A stretch of 63,483 nucleotides of DNA, filler included. It is 4 parts of 4 records of this genome, joined end to end, with 100 filler letters (N's around TTAATTAATTAA, not from the genome) between each part and the next. Parts side by side here need not be neighbours in the genome. Positions count along the whole stretch, not along the records: positions 29,285 to 34,905 come from DRR723986_64134; positions 35,006 to 58,219 come from DRR723986_64911; 2 more parts are not named here. One strand, 5' to 3'. A program made the translations under genes and the position numbers. Below, in pieces: positions 29,966 to 39,372 of this stretch. The notes beneath the pieces were generated by a model, which was given only the letters and a program-made list of their open reading frames with translations, searched no databases and had not been told where the DNA came from. Each line of letters begins with the position of its first letter. Positions within the stretch are counted from its first letter, which is position 1.

Positions 29966-30508
29966 ATGAGAATAGTATCAATTTTCGTTGCTTTTCTTAC
30001 GATCAATACAGTTGCCGTAGCGACCCAAGCGCAAGAACGAAGTGCTGACGGACTTATGGTTACCGGGCACAATAAAACCGCAATAATTGCCACCGAGCGC
30101 ATGAAACGGGGCTGGTATGATGGTGCTTACCATTTTTCACCAGCTGTAAGAGCGGGTGACTTTCTGTATCTGTCAGGTGTTGTTGCGGGTGTTCGCAGTG
30201 AAGATACGCCGATCGGAAGAGAAGCTTTTAAAGAAGAATTACGCCGCGGTTTTACAACGTTGCAAACCATTTTGAAGGCAGCAGGAGCTGATACGAATAA
30301 TATTGTAAAAATCACAAGCTTTCATGTTTTTGATAGCCCTTTGATAGCTGTTGAAAAACAAGACCAGGTTCTTGCAATGGCTGAGGTGAAAGGTGAGTTT
30401 ATCGATGAACCGCATCCAGCATGGACAGCGGTCGGCACAACTGCACTTTTGCCAGACAGAGGCCTGGTTGAAATTGATATTGTCGCTTATGCACCGCAGA
30501 AAAAATAA
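29966..30508 (+). CDS. Rid family protein with signal peptide, lacking the catalytic Arg
   Basis: FSPAVRAGDFLYLSG, IVKITSFH, PHPAWTAVG, LVEIDIVAY. Confidence 0.85.
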   Translation: MRIVSIFVAFLTINTVAVATQAQERSADGLMVTGHNKTAIIATERMKRGWYDGAYHFSPAVRAGDFLYLSGVVAGVRSEDTPIGREAFKEELRRGFTTLQTILKAAGADTNNIVKITSFHVFDSPLIAVEKQDQVLAMAEVKGEFIDEPHPAWTAVGTTALLPDRGLVEIDIVAYAPQKK

Positions 30509-30648
30509 TCGTTAGCAAGGTTTTGTTTGATTGATATTTGTGAGGACAAATCACCGCCTTTATGAGAATTTTGCTTTGCTGATTATAGAAGTGCCGTTAA
30601 GGATTTTCAGTTATCGATGAAAAAAATCCACAAAGGCGCGAGTTTTTC

Positions 30649-30677
30649 TTGACCCGTTCATAGGATGCACCTATGTT
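30649..30677 (+). promoter_or_regulatory. Sigma70 promoter of tRNA-Lys
   Basis: TTGACC-N17-TATGTT followed by a GC-rich discriminator, about 40 nt upstream of the tRNA. Confidence 0.7.
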
Positions 30678-30717
30678 CCGCCGCGTTCGGAAGGATTCCT
30701 TTCGAGCTCATTTATGT

Positions 30718-30793
30718 GGGCCCGTAGCTCAGCTGGTAGAGCGGCTGACTTTTAATCAGTAGGTCACAGGTTCGAACCCTGTCGGGCTCACCA
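30718..30793 (+). tRNA. tRNA-Lys (anticodon UUU)
   Basis: 76-nt cloverleaf: acceptor GGGCCCG/CGGGCTC, anticodon loop CTTTTAA, TTCGAAC T-loop, encoded CCA. Confidence 0.97.
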
Positions 30794-30798
30794 TATTC

Positions 30799-30828
30799 CA
30801 AAGGCCGGTGCTTAGCGCCGGCCTTTTT
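30799..30828 (+). terminator. Intrinsic terminator after tRNA-Lys
   Basis: AAAGGCCGGTGC-TTA-GCGCCGGCCTTTTTT. Confidence 0.85.
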
Positions 30829-30972
30829 TGGTTATTCACTACTTTCTTATCAGTTCATCACAGCTTTGTGCTCCTTTTATCGCTTTTGCCATGAAAATGA
30901 CGCGATTGCGGGCTTGTTTTCTTGTGTGTCTAAGGCCTAATCTGTGGGCTAGCATATGGGAGAGTGCGCACC

Positions 30973-32103
30973 ATGAAATTTTCGATAGAATCACGGTTTT
31001 CGCAGAAATTAACTGTGGCAGGTTTGATAGCAATTTTCACATTGTCGAACGCTGCAATTTCTCTCACTCAAGAAACGTCTGCAAAACAGGAAACCACACA
31101 AGCCGATAACGTGCCAGAATCACCTAAACGGGATGCTGCATTTGAGACTTGGCTTGAAGCTGTTCGTGAAGAAGCGCGCGGTCGCGGAATTGCAGAAGCA
31201 ACGTTGAAAACAGCGTTATCAGACGTTACGCCCATCGTTCGTGTAATCCAGCGAGATAGGAACCAGCCTGAAGTAAAGCAAACCTATGCAAGATACCTGA
31301 ATGCGCGGGTAAGTGATTGGCGCAAGGCGAAAGGCGCGGTTGCCCTGAATGAAAATCAGAAAAGTCTTGCAGCCGCCGCAGAAAAATATGGCGTTCAACC
31401 GCGCTTTATTGCCGCCATATGGGGTGTGGAAACCAATTATGGCACTGTGCCATTAAGCTATTCAGTTTTTGATGCTGTAGCCACGCTGGCCTATGATAAA
31501 CGACGGGCCGCCCGGTTTCGGCGAGAACTGTTCGCTGCTCTCGAAATACTCGATAAAGGCATGACAACCTTTGATAAACTGAAAGGGTCCTGGGCAGGTG
31601 CAATGGGCCAGCCGCAGTTTATGCCGGAGAATTATCTCAAATATGCTGTTGATATGGACGGTGACGGTGAACGTGATATTTGGCAAAATAAAGCTGATGT
31701 TCAGGGCTCTATTGCTAATTACCTCAAGTCTTTTGGATGGCGCGATGACCAGACATGGGGCCGAAAAGTGAAATTGCCGGAAGGCGGTGAGACCAGTTTA
31801 GTAGGTGTGCAGGAAGACGGTATATCGCCTGATCGCCAGTGTAAGCGTTTCAAAACTATGGGGATTTGGCGTGATCTACAGGATTGGCAGTCATTGGGTG
31901 TACGCCGGCTAGATGGCACAGACCTGCCGCCGCGATCGATTCCAGCCGCGCTCATCGTCGGTGATGAAGGCGACGGCGAAGGGTATCTGGTTTATAGAAA
32001 TTTTTGTTCCATTATGCGCTACAATCCATCCTTTAAATATGCATTATCAGTTGGCTTGCTCTCAGATGCCATTCAGGCAGATGCGGCAAATGTATCTCGT
32101 TAA
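30973..32103 (+). CDS. Lytic murein transglycosylase, MltB/SLT_2 family
   Basis: DRNQPE, IWGVETNYG, GSWAGAMGQPQFMP, AVDMDGDG, SIANYL, RYNPS..YAL. Confidence 0.93.
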   Translation: MKFSIESRFSQKLTVAGLIAIFTLSNAAISLTQETSAKQETTQADNVPESPKRDAAFETWLEAVREEARGRGIAEATLKTALSDVTPIVRVIQRDRNQPEVKQTYARYLNARVSDWRKAKGAVALNENQKSLAAAAEKYGVQPRFIAAIWGVETNYGTVPLSYSVFDAVATLAYDKRRAARFRRELFAALEILDKGMTTFDKLKGSWAGAMGQPQFMPENYLKYAVDMDGDGERDIWQNKADVQGSIANYLKSFGWRDDQTWGRKVKLPEGGETSLVGVQEDGISPDRQCKRFKTMGIWRDLQDWQSLGVRRLDGTDLPPRSIPAALIVGDEGDGEGYLVYRNFCSIMRYNPSFKYALSVGLLSDAIQADAANVSR

Positions 32104-32135
32104 AACCCTAACGCCTTAAGGTGCCGGATGTGTCC

Positions 32136-32945
32136 ATGAAGTTGTTTAAGGTAATCATTGCATCTTTGCTGGTTTTTACCGTTGTGGCCTGTTCGTCGGG
32201 GCCAACGCCTCGTGTTGTTAGTAGAATGCCACCTAATGATGAAGTGCCAAAGGGAGATCAAGGCGTTAAGCGCAAAGTGGGTAACCCATACAAAATTGCC
32301 GGTGTTTGGTATCACCCAAAAGAAGACCCGACATATGATCAAACTGGCTATGCGTCTTGGTATGGGAAAGACTTTCACGGTAAACCAACGGCAAACGGTG
32401 AAGTCTATAACATGAATGCCTTAACGGCTGCGCACAAGACCTTGCCTATGCCTTCCTATGTGAAGGTAACAAACCTTGCTAATAACCGATCAATCGTCCT
32501 ACGAGTGAATGACCGAGGGCCTTTTGTTGCTGGTCGTTTAATTGACGTGTCTCGACGTGGAGCCCAGTTGCTGGGTTTTCAAAAACAGGGGGTAACACGT
32601 GTGCGCATTCAGGCTTCAGACTCGAACGGTAATGTACGCCAAGCCTCAAGACCGCCGCGCCAGACGGATGAGACAAATACCCAAAGCACGCAGCAGGCGA
32701 ACACAGAAACGCATTATGTTCAGGTTGGGTCGTTTGGCAGCCAAGACAATGCCACCATTCAGGCAAATAAGTTGCGCAGGTCAGGTCATCCAGCGCGTGT
32801 TGTAAGACAACTTCAAAACGGGAAAGCTTTCTGGCGCGTAAGAATAGGCCCATTTTTGCAACGTTTATTAGCGCAGGATAAGCTTGACCGAGTGGTTGCT
32901 GATGGGTTTTATGATGCTCGGATATTCACGGAAAAAACGCGTTAA
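32136..32945 (+). CDS. rlpA: Septal ring lytic transglycosylase RlpA (DPBB + SPOR), lipoprotein
   Basis: Lipobox [38 protein letters not shown] domain VQVGSF..RVRIGP. Confidence 0.93.
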   Translation: MKLFKVIIASLLVFTVVACSSGPTPRVVSRMPPNDEVPKGDQGVKRKVGNPYKIAGVWYHPKEDPTYDQTGYASWYGKDFHGKPTANGEVYNMNALTAAHKTLPMPSYVKVTNLANNRSIVLRVNDRGPFVAGRLIDVSRRGAQLLGFQKQGVTRVRIQASDSNGNVRQASRPPRQTDETNTQSTQQANTETHYVQVGSFGSQDNATIQANKLRRSGHPARVVRQLQNGKAFWRVRIGPFLQRLLAQDKLDRVVADGFYDARIFTEKTR

Positions 32946-33002
32946 TTGTGGCGTTCAGAGTTAGTTAACAAGTGTTAAGTGTTAGTCAAAAGGTAAATTT
33001 AA

Positions 33003-34187
33003 ATGATTGCGTCTGCAAAAAATAGCGTCAAATTGATACTGGCAATTGTCGGTTTTTTGAGTTTCAGCGGGCAAGTTGTGGCTCAAAATATGGCTACTCC
33101 TGCACGCCAAGCCGTGCTTCTGGATGCCAGCACAGGTAGTGTACTCTTTGAAAAAGATGCTGATACACCGTTTCCTCCAGCTTCTATGAGTAAACTTATG
33201 ACAGTTTACTATGCCTTTGACGCCATTAAGCAAGGCGAGATGTCTCTGGATGACGAAGTGGTTGTATCCGATGAAACATGGCGGGAGTGGAACAACCGTG
33301 GCTCAACTATGTTCCTCCGGGCACGCGATGTTGTTACTATCCGTGACCTGCTTATGGGTATCATTGTTTTATCTGGTAATGACGCCTGTGTTGTACTTGC
33401 AGAACATATGGCCGGTTCACATGACTTGTTTGTTGACTGGTTGAATGCAAAAGCAGTTGAGCTTGGCCTTACTGGCAGTGTGTTTAAAAATGCGAACGGT
33501 TGGCCCGCTGAAGGTCATGTTATGACAGCACGCGACCTGGCAACGCTTTCGTATCGCTTGTCGGTTGATTTCCCTGGGTTGTACCCGATGTTTAATGAGC
33601 GCGAGTTTTTATATAAAAATTTCGAATCCAACCGTTATAACCGCAACCCATTGCTCGGCAGGTTCCCCGGGGCTGATGGGCTTAAAACAGGCCATACGGA
33701 AGAAAGTGGATACGGTCTCGCTGCGAGTGCAGAGCGCGATGGACGCCGTTTGGTGTTGGTTGTGGGTGGTCTGTCATCCACAAGTGAGCGAACGCGAGAG
33801 AGCCAGCGCCTTCTTCAGTACGGATTCCGTAACTTTAGCCATTATCCTTTGTTCAGAAGCGGTGAAACCGTTGACTATGCTGAGGTGTGGCTGGGTGAAA
33901 CGCCAACAGTTCCTTTGATAATTAGCGAAGACTTAGCAATTACGATGTCTCGTCGCCAAAGAGCGGAAATGAAAGTTTCTATTGAATATACAAACCCTGT
34001 TTCTGCGCCCATCGCAAAAGGACAAAATATTGGCGAGTTGGTAGTTGAGCTTCGCGGCAGAGAATCTGTGCGCGTACCTTTACAAGCGGGTCAGGCCATT
34101 GAAGAGGTTGGTGGCTTCGGTAAAATTGGTGCCGCATTTAACTACCTATTGTTTGGTTCTGCTGGGGCAGAAACTCCTGAAAAATGA
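33003..34187 (+). CDS. D-alanyl-D-alanine carboxypeptidase (S11, PBP5/6 type)
   Basis: PASMSK (SxxK), SGN (SxN), KTG motifs. Confidence 0.94.
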   Translation: MIASAKNSVKLILAIVGFLSFSGQVVAQNMATPARQAVLLDASTGSVLFEKDADTPFPPASMSKLMTVYYAFDAIKQGEMSLDDEVVVSDETWREWNNRGSTMFLRARDVVTIRDLLMGIIVLSGNDACVVLAEHMAGSHDLFVDWLNAKAVELGLTGSVFKNANGWPAEGHVMTARDLATLSYRLSVDFPGLYPMFNEREFLYKNFESNRYNRNPLLGRFPGADGLKTGHTEESGYGLAASAERDGRRLVLVVGGLSSTSERTRESQRLLQYGFRNFSHYPLFRSGETVDYAEVWLGETPTVPLIISEDLAITMSRRQRAEMKVSIEYTNPVSAPIAKGQNIGELVVELRGRESVRVPLQAGQAIEEVGGFGKIGAAFNYLLFGSAGAETPEK

Positions 34188-34852
34188 CAGCAACTGAGCG
34201 TAAAAAAGGCCACTTCATAACGCTGGAAGGCGGTGAGGGGTCCGGTAAGTCAACCCAGATCAAACTTCTGTCGCAGTGGCTTGATGGGCTAGGTATAGAC
34301 CATGTTTGTACGCGCGAACCCGGTGGCGCGCCCGGTGCCGAGCAAATTAGAAACATGGTTTTAACGGGTGATGTAGACCGCTGGACACCCATGACTGAAG
34401 TTTTGCTGTATACGGCGGCTCGGTCTGATCATGTTGAACGTGTGATCACGCCAGCCATAGAAAATGGTCGCACAGTGCTGTGTGATCGTTTTTACGATTC
34501 CAGTATTGCCTATCAGGGGGCAGGGCGAGGGGTAGGCGTTGAAAAGGTCAGAGCTCTGCAACGGCTTGTCCTTGGAGACATGAAGCCAGATTTAACGCTG
34601 ATACTTGATCTACCTGTTAGTGTGGGGCTTTCACGTGCAGTATCGCGGGAAACGGACAAAGCGGACGCGGAAGACAGGTTTGAGCGCATGGACGTAAGCA
34701 TGCATGAAACATTCCGTAAAGTATTCTTGGAAATAGCAGAGCAAGCCCCAGATCGTTGTATTGTTATCGATGCTGATCAAAGCGTTGAAGCGCTTCAAGA
34801 AACTCTTCGAAGTATAATTTCCAAACGGTTTGGTTTGACAAACCAATCATGA
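34184..34852 (+). CDS. tmk: Thymidylate kinase
   Basis: FITLEGGEGSGKSTQ, TREPGG, CDRFYDSSIAYQG. Confidence 0.96.
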   Translation: MTATERKKGHFITLEGGEGSGKSTQIKLLSQWLDGLGIDHVCTREPGGAPGAEQIRNMVLTGDVDRWTPMTEVLLYTAARSDHVERVITPAIENGRTVLCDRFYDSSIAYQGAGRGVGVEKVRALQRLVLGDMKPDLTLILDLPVSVGLSRAVSRETDKADAEDRFERMDVSMHETFRKVFLEIAEQAPDRCIVIDADQSVEALQETLRSIISKRFGLTNQS

Positions 34853-34905
34853 GCATAGAGCCGGAAAATACTGACCACCCCCGACTGACCAAGCAATTGT
34901 TTGGC
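34849..34905 (+). CDS. holB: Probable DNA polymerase III delta' subunit, N-terminal fragment
   Basis: ATGA overlap with tmk stop; MSIEPENTDHPRLTKQLFG fits the alphaproteobacterial HolB N-terminus and tmk-holB synteny. Confidence 0.6.
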
Positions 34906-35005
34906 NNNNNNNNNNNNNNNNNNNNNNNNNNNNNNNNNNNNNNNNNNNNTTAATTAATTAANNNNNNNNNNNNNNNNNNNNNNNNNNNNNNNNNNNNNNN
35001 NNNNN
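34906..35005. other. Artificial contig linker
   Basis: 44 N + TTAATTAATTAA + 44 N. Confidence 0.98.
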
Positions 35006-35029
35006 GCCGTTAAGCAATTGCTTAACGGC
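35006..35029 (-). terminator. Perfect 24-bp palindrome, probable terminator of the S8 gene, cut by the contig end
   Basis: GCCGTTAAGCAATTGCTTAACGGC is its own reverse complement, about 25 nt past the stop codon. Confidence 0.7.
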
Positions 35030-35053
35030 CATTTTCTAATTTATTTATTAGGA

Positions 35054-38000
35054 TTATCTCTTAATAGTGATTCTCTCAACTCTTTGGTCACCAGCATCAG
35101 TTCTAATATTTAGAACATATACACCAGTGGCAAATTCGTTTAGATCTAACTCTAAAATTTGATTTCCTAAAGTACTTGTTTCGATCAGTTTCTGACCCAT
35201 TGAATTGTAAACAATAATACTTGCATCTACATCCGTTTTGAAAGCAATGTTCACTAAACCATGAGATGGATTAGGATAAATAATCATTGAATTTAATTCA
35301 TTTGCACCAATTCCTAGTTCAGAATCTACAGTAGCAGAAACAGTGGTTGTACACCCATTAGCATCAGTTATAACACACGTGTAGGCACCAGCAACATTCA
35401 ATCCAGACAGATCTTCAGTAGTTGCAAACCCACTATCCCAGTTATAAGAATAAGGAGGAGTACCACCAGTAACAGTCAAGTTAATTGCACCATCATTTCC
35501 AAATTGAATAGATGTAGTAGACGTAGTTCCTGATAATGGAGCAGGTTCTCCAACTGTAGCATTAAACGTACCTGTACATCCTGACGCGTCAGTTACAACA
35601 ACCGTATAAGCACCTGGAGATAATGAAGAAATATCTTCAGTAGTAGCTCCACCTGGTGTCCATGCAAAGGTCATTGCTCCTTGATTATTGCTAACAGCTA
35701 AATCAATTGCTCCGTCTGTATCACCATTACATGTTACATCCGTTACGTTTGAAGTTGCTGTCATTGCTGCAGGTTCACCTACAACATAAGTAAATGAAGA
35801 GCTACATGCAGCAGCATCAGTAATTGTTACAGTATATGATCCGGCAGCTTGTCCAGTAATAGATTGTGTGGTTGCTCCACCTGGAGCCCAGCTATACGTG
35901 TAAGGTGACGTTCCGCCGGTAACTGAATTTAAAGTTACTGCTCCATCAGATCCACCGTTACAAGTTGCATCTGTAATTGTTTCTGCAACAGTTAAATTAC
36001 ATGGATTAGCGTCTTGAATGTCAACACAATAATCTTCTACTTCACCCCATTGGAATGACCCACAAACTGGTGGTAAGGTAGTTTGACCTGTACCTTGATA
36101 AGCCAATTGAATTCTCATTCTGGTACTTCCGTTTAGTGCAGTACCAGGTACAGTAATAGATCCTGTAATAGGAGAAGTTTGTGAAGCAGTTCCCTGATCG
36201 TATAAAATCTCAGAAGCTTCAAATGTTCCACTTTGGTCTAAATCAATCCAAATACGTGTGTATTCATCATAAAGTGTTCCAGCCCAATCAGGTGTTAACG
36301 TAAATGAGTAAGGAACAGTTTTATCTAATTGAATTGAACTTGTTGCAGTAAAGTCTCCAAATCCTCCGTCATTTCCGGACGCATTAGTATAAGTGGAGAT
36401 TGCGAAGTCTTCAATCCATTCGTCAATTCCATCAGTTGCATTAGATGCACAATAACTTAAATCGATACAAGCTCCACAACCTGTTGTTGTAAATGTAACT
36501 GTACTCGTATTACTACTTGAATCTGCACCACAATAAGTGATTAAATAATATTCATAATCTGTACAAGCGGTTAAGCCTGTTAAAGAATGTGGTGAACTTG
36601 CGTTTGGCACTTGATTCCAAGGTGTAGTTCCAACTTCTCTCCAGTAAATTTTAGTGGAAGAACCAGAAGTGTATGGGTTAAAGTTGATATCAGCTCCTGT
36701 ATCTCCAATATTTGATGTAGAAATGGATGATGGAGCTAAACATAAGGATCCAGAACAAGTGGCTGCCATCAAAGAGTCGAGTGTGTTTCTAGAATTCAGT
36801 CTTCCTCCAGTAACGAATTTTGATGCCAAAGCAGGTATCTGATCTGTTCCATCCAATAAGGCCTGAAGTACAAGGTCGGCTCCTGCTTTCGGATCTGCAG
36901 TAACAATTCCCATGAAGTTTGTACAAGGTATTGAGTAGGCGAGTCCAATAACTCCTGCAGTTAATGGACAAGAGAATGAAGTTCCTGTAGTTGTCGTTGT
37001 TGTGTTAGTATTTGCAGTTGTTACTACGTTAATTCCTGGTGCTCCAAGTTCAATTGTAGTTTGACCGTATCCGCCAGCTGTATTATCATTGTGGTCTGTT
37101 CTTCCCACACCAATCATATATGGTGATCCACATGCAGTTGGCATATCACCTGCAACATCAACATTTAAGTTTGAATTAGTTGTTGCTCCAACATTTAAAA
37201 TCCCATGGTATCCTAAGGTATCGTAGAAATTACACCAGATTGGGTGTCCAGATGGGTCTTCACCATCTATTCCCCATGAAGAACTGGTAGCTACAACGAA
37301 TGCACCTTGAGTTCCTCCTGATGAGTTCCATAGCTGCCTCATTTCTAAAGGATAAGTATATGCTTCAACGGCATTGGCATCAGTAGAAATACTGTATCCA
37401 CCAACAACCATCAATTTCACATCCCAGTTTGCTCCAGCAACTAATAAGCCATTGTTTCCAACAGCTCCCATCATTCCTAAACAATTTGTTCCGTGTCCAC
37501 CTGTTCCGTAGTTCCCGTTATTGGCAACTGGGTTCCAGCCAGAAATGTCATCTATATAACCATTTCCGTCATCATCAACTCCTGGAGTTCCAGCTGCTTC
37601 AGCAGCGTTGATCCATTTGTTTCCTACAATATCGTTGTGATCCAAGTTTCCAGATTCGATCAAACAAATTACGATATCATCATTTGTTGCAGTTTGACCA
37701 CCTGTGGTAATATCCCATGCCAAATCTGAATCAATATCGGCATCAACTGTTCCACCAGTTTGACCTGTATTATTGTGGTGCCATTGTGAATTGAAGGCAG
37801 TTCCATCATTTGGTAAAGTTGAACGCAAGGTGATGTAGTGATTATTTTGAGCTAAAGAAACTTCTTCTTGCTCATACAACCAGTTCAACATTTGGTGATT
37901 TGGAATGTTATGGTGATTAAAATTAATCAAGTAAACTCTCATAGGAGGAGAGATGTATTCACCTATGGTGAACTCCATATTTTCTGGGGCTTTTTTAGCC

Positions 38001-38140
38001 AGGTCTCTGATACTGCCATCCGCAGTAATTTGAACTAGCATTTCGCCCTCTACATAGCCTTTTTTCTGTTCAGTCTCTTGACCGTAAGCATTAGAAAAAA
38101 CAAGACCTATGCATAGTAACGCAGTAGATAATAATTTCAT
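35054..38140 (-). CDS. S8 subtilase with FN3, GEVED, SprB-like repeats and T9SS type A C-terminal domain
   Basis: HGT and GTSFS motifs, GEVEDY, C.G..DGAI.L.V.GG..PY.Y.W repeats, IYPNPS...GVYVL CTD. Confidence 0.92.
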   Translation of the reverse strand: MKLLSTALLCIGLVFSNAYGQETEQKKGYVEGEMLVQITADGSIRDLAKKAPENMEFTIGEYISPPMRVYLINFNHHNIPNHQMLNWLYEQEEVSLAQNNHYITLRSTLPNDGTAFNSQWHHNNTGQTGGTVDADIDSDLAWDITTGGQTATNDDIVICLIESGNLDHNDIVGNKWINAAEAAGTPGVDDDGNGYIDDISGWNPVANNGNYGTGGHGTNCLGMMGAVGNNGLLVAGANWDVKLMVVGGYSISTDANAVEAYTYPLEMRQLWNSSGGTQGAFVVATSSSWGIDGEDPSGHPIWCNFYDTLGYHGILNVGATTNSNLNVDVAGDMPTACGSPYMIGVGRTDHNDNTAGGYGQTTIELGAPGINVVTTANTNTTTTTTGTSFSCPLTAGVIGLAYSIPCTNFMGIVTADPKAGADLVLQALLDGTDQIPALASKFVTGGRLNSRNTLDSLMAATCSGSLCLAPSSISTSNIGDTGADINFNPYTSGSSTKIYWREVGTTPWNQVPNASSPHSLTGLTACTDYEYYLITYCGADSSSNTSTVTFTTTGCGACIDLSYCASNATDGIDEWIEDFAISTYTNASGNDGGFGDFTATSSIQLDKTVPYSFTLTPDWAGTLYDEYTRIWIDLDQSGTFEASEILYDQGTASQTSPITGSITVPGTALNGSTRMRIQLAYQGTGQTTLPPVCGSFQWGEVEDYCVDIQDANPCNLTVAETITDATCNGGSDGAVTLNSVTGGTSPYTYSWAPGGATTQSITGQAAGSYTVTITDAAACSSSFTYVVGEPAAMTATSNVTDVTCNGDTDGAIDLAVSNNQGAMTFAWTPGGATTEDISSLSPGAYTVVVTDASGCTGTFNATVGEPAPLSGTTSTTSIQFGNDGAINLTVTGGTPPYSYNWDSGFATTEDLSGLNVAGAYTCVITDANGCTTTVSATVDSELGIGANELNSMIIYPNPSHGLVNIAFKTDVDASIIVYNSMGQKLIETSTLGNQILELDLNEFATGVYVLNIRTDAGDQRVERITIKR

Positions 38141-38299
38141 GTTTTTGAGGTTAGTTTAGTTATTAAGCGATTAAAATACCCAAATCTCTTATAGAATTCA
38201 ACAAAGAATGTATGAACGGTTGTAATCTTAAGCGAATAGAATTGTGCTAGAACCTATCAATAGGTGGCCTTGGGCTGATTCATCTCATGGAATTGTAAC

Positions 38300-38330
38300 A
38301 AAAAAGGCCTCACTAAACAGTAAGGCCTTT
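38300..38330 (-). terminator. Intrinsic terminator
   Basis: AAAGGCCTCACT...AGTAAGGCCTTT stem with an A run on +. Confidence 0.65.
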
Positions 38331-38349
38331 AAATTGAATAGGTTAAGAT

Positions 38350-39192
38350 CTATTTTTTTATAAATTTTTCGTGCTTATTGTCATAATTCACGTGATATAA
38401 GCCCTTTTTAAGATTAGAACAATTCACAGATGAATTCATTCCTTTTTTTACAATGTTTCCGTAAGCATCAAAAATCTCATATTTTGTGATTACTTCAGTG
38501 CCGTTTGATACAAAAGAAATGGACTCACCATTTACATCTTTCATTTCTGGTTCTAATACATTTTCAGATTCAAAAACAACTTCTTTTGAAACACGTTTTT
38601 TTCCAGTATTGTCAGTTTGAGAAACTCTCACTTTGTTTTCGCCTGAATGGGGTGATAAGTTAAATAGGTATTCATTTGGATTTTCGTTTCCAATCCCGTT
38701 AGTTTCACCAACAACAACCCATTTATTCCATTTATATTGTTCAATTTGATAAGTTAAAGCCCCAGACTCGCCAGTGGTTACCCATGTCAGGGTGCCGTCA
38801 GGTTTACATGAAATTTCATCTAAAACAAAGGTGCTTTTCGGTAATAATACTTCTGGATTTAACAGTTTAGGTTTGCAACCTTCTTCATGTTCAAAAACAA
38901 CCAACACTTTATCGCCAATTTTAATGTCAAATTCTGACATATCAACTTGAAAGGCGCTAGCTTGCACCGTGTGTGATGATGGGCTACCATTAACGGTAAC
39001 TCGATTCACACAGTATCCAAAGCCATCTTCGCTTTCTGGACTTTGCACATAAAGATTTTTTCCTTGGTAATGACCTTCTATAGATAAATCAGCATAACTG
39101 ATGCAAGAAAAACCAAGCAAAATTGCGGTAGTTCCGAATATTTTTGACCAATTATTAAGTTTCATAGTAGCGTGTTTCATCTTATCCGGCAC
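38350..39192 (-). CDS. Hypothetical exported protein with a T9SS-CTD-like C-terminus
   Basis: Signal peptide; C-terminal YEIFDAYGNIVKKG...GLYHVNY...KFIKK; start may be 39165. Confidence 0.7.
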   Translation of the reverse strand: MPDKMKHATMKLNNWSKIFGTTAILLGFSCISYADLSIEGHYQGKNLYVQSPESEDGFGYCVNRVTVNGSPSSHTVQASAFQVDMSEFDIKIGDKVLVVFEHEEGCKPKLLNPEVLLPKSTFVLDEISCKPDGTLTWVTTGESGALTYQIEQYKWNKWVVVGETNGIGNENPNEYLFNLSPHSGENKVRVSQTDNTGKKRVSKEVVFESENVLEPEMKDVNGESISFVSNGTEVITKYEIFDAYGNIVKKGMNSSVNCSNLKKGLYHVNYDNKHEKFIKK

Positions 39193-39372
39193 AAAATTAA
39201 ACTAAAATACAATGCAGCGCAAGAAAAAACGAGGAATTAACGTGTTTCGTCTATTGGATTAATAGATTAGTCAAAAATGGCTTTGTATCAAAATGGTTTT
39301 AAATGGGCCAAAGTGTGAACAAAGATTTATGTATTATCTGTCAATAAAAATGCTAAATTTAAAACGCCTGAA

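Noticed and set aside
30718-30964. tRNA-anchored genomic island or prophage
   Set aside because: No integrase or duplicated tRNA 3' end seen; core cell-wall genes follow directly
32960-32985. CtrA box upstream of the D,D-carboxypeptidase gene
   Set aside because: TTAA half-sites are 6 nt apart (GTTAACAAGTGTTAA), not the canonical 7
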